From the IMG/VR virus record IMGVR_UViG_3300023059_000018, positions 1 through 30,795 of that record: a stretch of 30,795 nt of DNA; one strand, 5' to 3'. Under the pieces are notes generated by a model. That model worked only from the letters and a program-made list of their open reading frames with translations. It was not told the DNA's origin and ran no database searches. Of this stretch, positions 15,661 to 27,600 are shown in pieces. Position numbers and translations under genes: made by a program. The DNA is from a virus (lineage: Duplodnaviria; Caudoviricetes). Each line of letters begins with the position of its first letter. Positions within the stretch are counted from its first letter, which is position 1.

Positions 15661-18600
15661 ATGTCAATTGTAAAAGGTTCAAAAAAAGGAAGTGGACAAG
15701 CGCGACAACCAAATATCGCTCCTGATTCTGCACAGTCAAAAACTCGCATAAATATTCTATATGGCCTTGCAGAGGGTGAGATTGAAGGCTTAGCAAATGG
15801 CAATAAGTCTATCTTGTTTGAAAATACTCCCCTTGAAGATAACAATGGCAAATTAAATTTTGAAAGTGTAAAAGTTGATTTTCGTTCAGGAACAAATGAC
15901 CAAGATTATATAGAAGGCTTTCCTGCTGTTGAGAGCGAAACTGCAATTGATGTCGAATTAAAAGCAGGTACCCCATGGGTTAAGTCCTTTAAAAATTTAG
16001 ATTTAGATGCTTTACGTATTCGACTTAAATGGGGGCCTTTACGAACTCAAGATGCTACGAGTGGAGATGTTTCAGGAGTAACCATTGAGTACGCAGTGGA
16101 ATTACAAACTGATGGTGGTCCTTGGACAGAAGTTTTAAAAACAAAAATCTCTGATAAAACTTCCGCAAATTATGAGCGTGCTCATCGTATTAACTTACCA
16201 AAAGCTGATTCAGATTGGCTTATTCGTGTTCGCCGTCTTACACCTAACTCAACCTCTGAGTATGTCAGTGACAAAATGTATATTGAAGCTGTCACTGAGG
16301 TTATTGATGCAAAACTGCGCTATCCGAATACAGCCCTATTAGGCCTGCAATATGATGCAGAGACCTTTAATAACATTGCTAAAATTGCTGTTGAATGTAA
16401 AGGTACAAAAATTAAACTCCCTTCCAACTATAATCCGGTTTCTAGAACATATGCTGGAATGTGGGATGGTACATTTATTAGTGCATATTCAAATAACCCA
16501 GCTTGGGTTTATTACGATATTTGTACTTCAGATCGGTATGGTTTAGGTGATCGTCTTACACCATTTATGATTGATAAATGGTCTTTATACCGTCTTGGTC
16601 AATATTGTGATGAATCTGTAAATGATGGCCAAGGGGGACAAGAGCCACGTTTTACTTGTAATGTATATTTGCAAAGAGCAGAAGAAGCTTATGAAATTCT
16701 AAAAAAATTAGCTGGAGTTTTTAGAGCAATTTCTTATTGGGATGGAAACAGTATTATCTGTGATGCAGATATTCCACAAGATACATATTTTACGTATACC
16801 CGCGCGAACGTGATTGGAGAATTTGAATATTCAGGTACACGTGCTCGTGATCGCCACAATGTTGTAAAAGTCGCATTTGATAATCCAGCAAATCATTATA
16901 AAACTGAATATGAATATGTTCGAGATGAGCAGGCAATTTCAGACTCTGGTCAAGTACGCATTTTAGATTTAAATGCGTGGGGGTGTACTTCACGTGGACA
17001 AGCACAACGTGCTGGTTTGTGGGCTTTAAAGTCTGAACAGTCTGAAACAAGAACTGTAACTTTTAAAGTTGGCCTAGATGGATGGATTCCACAACCTGGT
17101 CGAGTTATTGAAATTGCAGATGAATTGTTTGCAGGACGTGCTAATGGCGGACGTGTATCTGCAATTTCTGAAGATAGAGTTAATCTAACAATTGATCGCG
17201 ATGACGTTGTAGCTAAGCCAGGCGATCGTTTGGTTGTTAATGGTGAAAACGGAAAAGCTCAAACTAGAATTATTCAATCTATAAATGGTCGTGTAATTAC
17301 AGTCACTTTACCATTCGATTTAGGTTCAATTGCTGCGGAAAATATTTGGGTAATCGATGCTCAAGATTTAGCCACAATGAAATTTAGGGTTATTTCAATT
17401 CGTCAGGAAGAGAAAAACAAATTTACGATTAATGCCATTCAATACAACTCTAAGAAATTTGATGAAATAGATAGTGGGGCCTATTTTGAAGAAGTACCAA
17501 TTTCAGTTATTAATCCAACTATTCAGGATCCCGTAAGTGATATTTTAATTACAAGTGAAAATAAAGTTAATCAAGGTATTAATATCACAACAATGATTTT
17601 GTCTTGGAAACAGGCAAAAGGTGCTGTTAAATATCTTGTTGAATGGCGTAAAGACAATGGTTCTTGGCTTCGTTTACCGTTCACAGGAAATAACTCTTTA
17701 GAAGTACAGGGAGTTTATTCGGGAAATTATCAAGCACGTGTTACTGCAATTTCAGCATTTGAAGTTTCTTCATTACCGGTTTACTCATCAATTACTGAAT
17801 TAGTAGGTAAAAAGGGTTTACCTCCTAAACTTGAATATATCCGTGCCACTGGTATTTTGTTTGGTATGCAGTTGGATTGGAGTTTTCCCAATGTAGGAGC
17901 TCAAGACGCAGCATATGTTGAAATTCGTGTTTCACCAGATGGTGTAAGCAATATAGCACCGTTAGGTCAGTTCGCTTATCCAACTAATACTCATAAAGTT
18001 CAAGGCTTACAGCCAAATTTAATCCAATATTATAGTGGTCGAATTGTAGATAAAATTGGTAATATGGGGGCATGGTCTGAATGGGTTAATGGAACGACTA
18101 TTGCTGACCCGGATGCTGTATTGGATCTTATCTCTGGACATATTGCCGAAAGCGATCTTGCTCAAGAGCTTCAAGGGAAAATCGAAAATACGGTTAATGT
18201 AGCAGAAGCAGCAGAGCAAGCAGCTACTAATGCACAAACTGCGGCAAGTAGCGCTCAAACTGCGGCTTCAAATGCCCAAACGGCAGCGACAGATGCCAAG
18301 ACAGCAGCTACAAACGCCCAAACGACGGCAAGTTCAGCGCAAACACAGGCAACTAATGCTCAACAAGTTGCCAATGAAGCAAGCGCCACAGCAGCTAATG
18401 CAAAAAATACAGCCGATCAAGCATCAAGCACAGCATTAACGGCTAGCAATGCAGCAGCAAATGCCAAAACAGCGGCAGATACTGCTAAAACGATGGCTGA
18501 AAGTGCAACTTCAGTAGCAGCTACCGCTAACACTGCGGCAACAAATGCTCAGACAACCGCAACCAATGCTCAAACAGCGGCTTCTAAAGTTGCAAGTGAC

Positions 18601-21600
18601 TTAACAACCTCGACAAATCAACTAAATCAAAAGATTGCAGACGAAACTAGTACGCGTACAACTGCGATTTCGCAACTGAATGACGGCCTCACAACTGAAA
18701 CAACTCAGCGTAAGACAGAAGATACGGCACTGTTAAGTAACATCGAAACTTACAAATCTAGCACCAATGGCACTTTGTCTACTTTGCAAACACAAATTAC
18801 GACAAATGCCACTAACACAAGCGCAAATACCTCAAAAATTACTTCGCTCGATTCTCGATTAACAACGAATGAAGGTAAGACAGCCGATGCTATTAGCTCT
18901 GCGGCTACGGCTCAACAGACAGCTAATACAGCAGTTACAAATGCGGCAGCGGCAGCTTCAGCAGTTACATCTCTAAGATCAGACTTAAGCTCTGGTAAGG
19001 GCATTAACAATATTATTGCGCCTTATTCTGATCCTCAAGAATTACCAACAAACATTCTTGGAGCTTCCAGAACTGTTGCATTGGTAAATTCAACAATGCG
19101 CGTCAAAGGAAAAGCTTACGACGTCACATTTACGGCAGTAGCGGGAAATATTTATTTTGGCTCTGCGTCGTCAGGAACCGCAAACACAACTGCGGCAGGG
19201 TCGATCACTGGCGGTAAGCGCTACATGCTCAGTGCATACCTGAAGAATCTTGATGCCACTAAGCAAGCTGATGTTTATTTCTCATTACTTTGGTTCAGAC
19301 GTGCAGCAGACGGCACTATTTCAACTGGTCAGGCTACACTGCAAAACCAAGCGACTGGCAACTTAAGAGTAACTCCTTCAAATGATGGTGGCACAGTTAC
19401 CTGTAAAGCTGTAACAGCTCCAGTTGATGCTTTTGCCTTTACCTTTATGTGTACAGGCAACAGCTCATACAACGTTGCTGGCTCACGCATTCTCATTGAT
19501 ATGTTGATGTTAGAAGAGTCTATCGGCGATGATAAACCTGCTTCAACTTGGACGGCGGGGTCAGCGGATCTCGGTGCTATCAAGACTGCACTAGATGCCA
19601 ATGCTTCAGCAATCAGCAGCATTACAACTCGTGTAACTAACGCAGAAGGGACAATTACAAGCCAAGGCAATTCAATTACTCAGTTGAATAATAGTGTGAC
19701 TTCGATTAACGGCACACTTTCAAATAAAGCCGACGCAACAGCATTAAGCGCATTAACAAACCGCGTAACTACTGCCGAGGGCCAAATTACTGCCCAAGGC
19801 TCGGCAATTGTATCGATTAAAAATGATTTAGTTGCCACCAATAACGCTCTTACGACAAAGGCCGATTCAAGCGCTCTAAATACTCTTGATTCAAAAGTAA
19901 CAAGCATCGATGGACGAGTAATAAGCAATGCAGGAGCGATCACTTCTCTAAAGTCTGAGTTAAGCGGGAAGGGAGCAAACCTTCTTATTGCTTCTTTCTC
20001 AGACCCACAGGTTGTACCGTATACAGCCACAAAATCAGGCGTAGAAGTTAGTTTAATTGATTCAATGTTAAGAACTGGAAAAGCTTATAATTTCAAAAAC
20101 TTAACTACGAATATTAGCAACTATGTTTACATTGGCAACTATAGCGATGGCAAACAAGCACCTGTAGCTGTACGTGGCGGAGCTAAATTATTATTTAGTT
20201 TTTATGCGAAATCAGATGTAGCTGGCTACATCGGCCGTTTCTCGCTACGAGTATTTAACCAAAGCGGGACAAACGTTCAGACAGTTACGTTGTTATGGAC
20301 GTCAACTCAAACTCAGAACGTATCTTTTACGACTGACTTAGTTAAATATAACTTATACCTATCCTCTCCAATTCATGCTGATGGGGTTACAGCTTCGATT
20401 CTGTTATATACAGGCGGTGCTTCATCTGCCTCAATGACTCCTGTTGGTGCGATCTTAACGATGGACAAGTTAATGATCGAAGAGTATGTGGGAGACAATA
20501 AGGATGGGTCACCATGGGTATCGGGTTCAGCCGATCTTAATGCTATTTATGCATCCTTAGATGCAAGTGCAACAGCGGTTAATAATCTCACCACACGTGT
20601 TAGCAATGCAGAAGGCACTATTACAAGCCAAGGTAATTCAATTACCTCATTGCGTAATGATTTAACGACCACAAACACTAACGTCTCTAAAAAAGCTGAC
20701 GCATCCGCACTTACCTCACTTGATACCAAAGTTACTAGCATTGATGGTCGCGTAACAACCAATACTAATGCTGTTACCGCATTGCAAGGACGGGTTACCA
20801 CTGTAGAGGGCGGTCTTTCAACTAAAGCCGATGCTTCAGCATTAAGCGACTATTACACGAAAACAGAAGCTAATTCGGCAACCTCTGGGGCCATTGATAC
20901 TTTCAATTCTCAGTTAACTATCGGTGGCGTGAATGTGGTTGCAAACTCTGAAGCGCCTCGTACTTCAAGCGCTGCGAGCAATAAGGAATATTTGCTTTAC
21001 GAGCGCAGCGCTGAATTAAAAGCATTCTATGACGAGAACTTAGATAAGCCAGTAACAATTTCGTTCGAAATGAGTGTTCCTGTGGTTGGCTCTGTGCAAG
21101 TTTATTCTTCAAACGGTTCAGCACATACTTTTACAACAAGCGTTAATGCTGTAATCGCAAACCAGTGGATTAAATATAGCGTCACTGTAAATCCGAAAAC
21201 GCATACAGCAAGCACAACTGTTTCGACTATTGAGTTTTACGGAACCTATGGCACTGGTCGTATTCCCACAATTCGTAAATTGCAAATCGAAGCTGGCACA
21301 AAAGCAACTGCTTGGAGTCCAAGCCCACGCGATATCAAAGCTTCATTAGACGCTAACGCTTCTGCAATTCAAACTACGCAAACTCAAGTCAACAACATTG
21401 ATGGAAAGTTAACTACCGCAACAGATTCGATTACTTCGTTAAGTTCTCGAATGACAACCGCTGAAGGAAACATTACAAGCACAAATGGAGCTGTAAGTGG
21501 TCTTTCGACACGTATGACAACCGCTGAAGGCAAAATCACAAACCAAAGTGATTCGATTACATCCCTTCAAAATAGCGTTACTACAATTAATGGAACTCTT

Positions 21601-24600
21601 GCTAATAAAGCCGATTCCACTGCTGTCACCAACTTAACAAGCCGTGTCACTGCTGCTGAGGGGAACATTACAAGCCAAAGCGGGCAAATTGTCACACTAA
21701 ACAATAGTTTAAACACAACCAACGATGCATTAAATGACGTGAACGCATTAGCGCGTTTGCAATCGCTTGGCAAGCCTCTACGTGATGACCCAATGTTCGC
21801 CATTGGGGCAGGCGGATTAGCTGCATATATTCCAATCACAGGATCTAGTTTCACGCGCCAAGCTAAGTCAAGTGATAACCCAAGCACCAGTACACATGAA
21901 ATGGTGCTGGCATTTACATCAACTGTGTCTGGGCTTGGTTCAGGTTGGCTTCCTAACTCGCCAACTCTTGTTGGTGGTCCAAACAAAGTCTACTTGATTA
22001 AGCAGGTCATCAAGATGCCTGTTGGCTTCTACCTTGTTGCCATTGGTAATGATATTGGTACAGGTGGTTATCGAAAAATTTATGGCAATATTGACGGCAC
22101 AGGTAAGTTTGAAACTTATTTAACTGTAGTCGCATGTGGGCCAGATGCCACTGCAAGTATTCAAGGTCACTTTAGAGCAGCAGTCAGAAGTGCTCAAACA
22201 GGTACGTCCGCAAATCCGATTGAAGTCAAACTGGCATCATATGAAGTATTTGATGTAACAGCAGTAAATGACACGATTCCTAAAACTTATCGTGACACTA
22301 TTGCAGCTAATGCCTCTGCCATTACAAGCTTAACGAATACAGTTACACAACAAGGAAATACGATTACCTCTCAAGGTAATTCGATTACTTCTTTAAATAA
22401 CAGTATTACAAGCATCAATGGATCTCTCGCAAGTAAGGCTGACGCTTCGGCAGTTACTTCACTTGATTCCAAAGTAACTCTAATTGATGGAAAGCTTACT
22501 TCCAATACATCTGCTTTAACAGCTTTACAAAGCAGCTTTGATGGTCTACCAAATCAGGGCGTAAATATTCTTGGCCCTGAGATTTCAAATCCAGTAGAAA
22601 AACCAACTAACTGGACGTCGGGATTGCCGTTTGAAATCATTCAATCACCAGATACGGTCAACGTTCGTGCCTTCCAGTTCACAATGCCTGCATCTTCAGG
22701 TAATGGAACTTACTTCAACATTGGCGGCGGTCAAGTTCCCCGCCAATGGCTTAATGAAGGCAAATATGTATTTAGCTTTGTTGCCAAGACTGTAGGTGGA
22801 ACACCACCGCATCCGATTGAATGGCAATTCTACAATGCAGATAGCATCCGTCAGCGCTTTAGCGTTACCGCCACTTTAACTCGTTTTAGCGGTGTGTTTA
22901 CTGTGCCTGCTGGTGGCGCAGCCATCTGTATGCTTTTGATCGGTAACCCAACAGCGAAAGCCGCTGGTCAAGTCATTAATATCGAAAGAATTATGCTTGA
23001 GCGTCAAGTGGGTAATAATACTACGCCTTCAACATGGATTGCCGGTACTGACGCCAGTGGAATGATCATTTCGACGCAAGCGAAAGCGACCGATCTATTT
23101 AATACAGCTACTAATCAGAATACCGCAACTGCTGGACGTGTAACGAGTCTTGAAAGTCGAATGACATCGACCGAAGGCACTTTATCGACTAAAGCTGACG
23201 CCTCGGCGCTTCAAACGCTCGATACAAAAGTAACGAACGTTGACGGCAAAGTAACGTCAAATACCAATGCCATCACTTCGCTTAACTCTGCTTTAACGAA
23301 TGCAACATCAACAATTAGCATGAATGCTGGAAGTCCACTCGCTGATTGGACAACTTATGCAGCTACAGGCGAGTTCAACGTTATTACAGAAGCAACAGGG
23401 CAAAGCGGCAAAGTAATTCAGCTCGGTAACAATGCTGGCAACGATACTATTTGGTTGCATGCAAATAATTTAATTCCATTTGATCAAACCAAAACCTACC
23501 GCATTCGTGCGCGTTACCGTCGTCGCTCTGGGACTGGAACAATTTACCTAGGGATTGCACAAAAAACACCTGATAAGGCTTGGTATGTAACTACTGGCAA
23601 CACTCAAGCAAGCAACATGGCTTCATCGAACTATGTTGTAAATGCCCATGCGCCTGCTATTGATGAATGGCAAGAGATGGTCGGGTACTACAAAGGGCGT
23701 TCAACTGGTGCTGCGACTGGTTCAGGTTCGTTAGCAAGCCCTCGTACAGCATCACAAATGACTGGCTTCATTACGCCTTTGTTTATTGCTAACTATCAGA
23801 ACCAAGCGGGTATTGTTGAGCTTGATTATTTAATTCTTGAAGATGCGGAAGCCATTGCTGGCAACCAAGCGAATGCAACTGCTTTAACTACACTTGATAC
23901 TAAAGTTACAGAAGTAGATGGGCGTTTGACCACAGCGACAAATTCAATCACGTCACTTGGCTCGCGAATGAGCACCGCTGAGGGCAATATTTCTGCAACC
24001 AATTCTGCTTTAAGTGGTCTTTCTACACGCATGACTGCCGCAGAAGGGGGATTGACGAACCAAAGTAATTCCATCACTTCGCTGACCAACTCTATCAATT
24101 CACTTGATAGTGATTCGTTAATTCCTGATTACAACCTTGCCAACCCAGAGAAGTGGATTAGTCATTACGGCTATCCAATGACGCAGTACTTCAAAACGAC
24201 CACGACAGGCAAAGTAAGCAATACAGTATTCCGTAAAGATACAAGCTCTCCAGTCAACTGCTTTAACTACGCGAGAACGCCTGTTCCAAATGACCGTACT
24301 TACAAAGTAAGTTTTTGGGTTCGTTGTAGCGCTGACTCTAATGGCTTGCTGATGATCCCGATCGGGCGCTCTGGCAATGACGGCAAGTTCACCACTACGG
24401 GCTATTCAAGCATTGGCATTCCTTTAACCGAAGTTCCCAAGAATGAAACATGGACAAAAATTGAGCGTACTGCAAACCTAACTTCTACATCTGATGTCAA
24501 TCCTCAATTGTTCTTTGGTATTGCTCCTGGTCACACAGGTTCAACCGGCTGGTGGGAAGTTCAAGGCTTTAAAGTTTCGCCAGTATTGACGACCGCCGAT

Positions 24601-27600
24601 GCCGATAGCAGTTTTGCGACTTCTGCCGCCCTTACTTCTTTAACATCTAGTGTTAATCAACAAGGCAGCACTATTACAAGTCAAGGTACTGACATTACTA
24701 GCTTGAAAAATAGTGTTACCTCTATCAACGGAACGCTTACCAATAAAGCGGATGCTTCGGCTGTAAACACTCTTTCTAACCGAGTGACAGCAGCAGAAGG
24801 AAACATTACAAGCCAAGGCAATTCAATCACAAGCCTAAACAACACGCTTGCGAATAATGATTTGTCGAATCTTATTCTCAATCCTGACTTTATTACCCCT
24901 AAGAACGTTTGGTCAGCAGGCTTAATTGTTGATGCTACTGATGCTGCGCCGAATCCTCCATCTCCAAAAGCACTAAAATTAACATTGCGTGATACCTATT
25001 ATGGTCCGTTTGTTAAATGCAATACAGGAGATATGTTCTATGTTTCCGGGTGGTTTGCTACCCCGAATACATCTGCGGCTGCTTCTGTTGTTCTTGGGTT
25101 TAATACTAGAAATAGTACAGGAACACATTCTTGGTACTCGGTTGCAGTTAAATCAACTGATAAAAATGCGTGGGGATTTGTTGAAGGTTACTTCACTGTG
25201 CCAAATGGCATGGTCGAAATTCGTCCTTGGCTTCAAGTAAGTATTGTTGCGGCAGATGCACCTGCTCAACTCTGGCATGTAACGAATATCCAAGTTCGCA
25301 ACATCACTGGTAATAAAAAGTTAGCAAGTGACTTGCAGGCAACTTCGTCTGCATTAAGTACGCTTGATTCGAAAGTTACTAACATTGATGGCCGTGTTAC
25401 TTCTGCATCTAACAATATTGTCACTTTAAACAATAGCGTTACCAACATTAATACCGCGCTTTCTCAGAAAGCAGATGCATCCGCTCTAAGCTCATTATCA
25501 AATCGAGTGACAACTGCTGAGGGCAACATTAGCTCTCAAGGTAGCTCGATTACTTCCTTAACTAATAATCTAGCGGTTACTACCAATACAGCAAACGCTG
25601 CATTGCCTAAGATTCAGGGTGGCACTGGTGCAGCGAAACTGTTCAGAGGGGTATTAGTTCACCAACAAAGCGGCGCAAATATCATCGGCAATATCGTAAT
25701 TCAAACGCCTATCACGTTCACAAGCAAGATGTTTAGATTGGCGCTTAGTGGTTATAACTATTTAGCTGGCAAAACTGATATCAATTTGAATATCGGTGGT
25801 TACGCTTATACCGGTACTTCAATTATTCAGCACGGGGTAGTGAACTCGGGTACATTACCTATTCGTGTTCGTTTAGGTGTTCGTAACGGTACAGTAGTCA
25901 TCATCTTGACTTCTCAAGCACCTAACGCTTATTGGCAGTATCCTAAATTTAACATTGATGCAGAAATCGGTTATACAACGCCACCTGATAGTTGGTCTGA
26001 GGGTTGGTCTGCAAGTTTAATTGCGGAAGCCGACCTTGCAGCAAATGGCATTTCAGCGATCATTGAGCCATCTTTATTAGATGTTTCTACAGAGATTACA
26101 GCTAACGCCTTTGCCATTAGCAATCTGACGAATACAGTGTCACAACAAGGCGATACCATTACTTCTCACAGTAATAGCATCACTACGCTAAACAACAGCA
26201 TTACAAGCATTAATGGTGCTTTAAATACTAAAGCGAGCACTTCTGCCGTTACTGATCTTGACAGCCGTGTAACGACTGCTGAAGGCAAAATCACAGCAAA
26301 TACATCTTCAATCACTAGCCTAACCGCGAATCTTAAAAATGTAGCGAATGGCATCACTATGTCTGCATCGCTTGATGTGGATCCTGATAGCGAGTGGATT
26401 TATTGGACCAAAAATGGCGAAGTCGCAAGAGCTGACGCCGTAGACGCTTTAGGCGGTAAAGTTTATCGCTTTGGTAATAACGCGGGTAACGACCACGTAA
26501 ACGCAAGATCAAAAGCAAAACTGCCGTTTGATCAAACGAAGACCTATCGCATCCGCGCTCGATATCGTCGTCTCAGTGGTATAGGAACAGTCTACTGTGC
26601 AGTTTACACCTTGGCCGCTGATGGCACTTCGCATGTTAACTCAAGCAACACCGTGTCTACTGACTTTGGTTCTTCAAATTACTTTGTGATCAATCAAAGC
26701 CCTGCAAACAACGTCTGGCAAGAAGTGACTGTATACGTCAAAGGACGTTCGGCAGGAGCTGCAACAGGCAGTTGGACACTAGCAGCGCCTCGTCAAATGC
26801 CAAATGCCACTGCATTTTTAAGCGTTCAATTCCTTGGTAACTATTCAAATGCAGCGGGGATGACGGAGCTTGATTACCTCATCATTGAGGATGCTGATGC
26901 AATTGCTGCCAACGATGCTACAGCCAATGCTTTATCTTCACTTACTACCCGTGTTGGCACGGCTGAAGGAACGATTACAAGCCAAGGTAATTCGATCACT
27001 CAGTTAAACAATAGCATCACAACTATTAACGGCACATTAACAAGCAAGGCGGATAGCTCAGCTTTAACGCATTTGGCAAACCGAGTAACTGTAACTGAAG
27101 GCTCCATTACCTCTCAAGGTTCTAGCATTACGTCTTTGAATAGTTCGGTTAATGGATTGTTGAAAGATGTTGAGGTTACGGACACTCGTTCTACTAACCA
27201 ACCACCATCATGGTATTGGACAAATTACCCTAAACGCATTGTTCGTGAGTTCAAGCAAGCTTCGACAATCGGCTTGACTGGAATGGGCACATACGTCTCG
27301 TTAGAAACTTATGTCTATTACAGTGATGCGACAGGCGGCCCAATCATTCAAATTGCACGCGGTACTGACTCTAAGCTTACTGCGGAACGCCGTAGTGCGA
27401 GCGCTTCAACTTGGAGTACTTGGTCGCAAGACGTTAAGACTCTGAGTGATGGTCTTGCCAACAAAGCAGAAGCTTCAGCTCTATCTTCTTTAGATGCCAA
27501 AGTAACGACCATTGATGGGAAAGTTTCGACTCAAGCTACAAGCATCACAAACCTTACAACCACTGTAGGCGGACACACTGCGTCTATCCAATCTCAACAA

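Noticed and set aside
2276-16546. Short alternative-frame or antisense ORFs (2276, 3502, 5429, 6488, 7162, 9251, 10315, 10406, 14085, 15125, 15597, 16352)
   Set aside because: They overlap well-supported genes and lack convincing RBSs or motifs.
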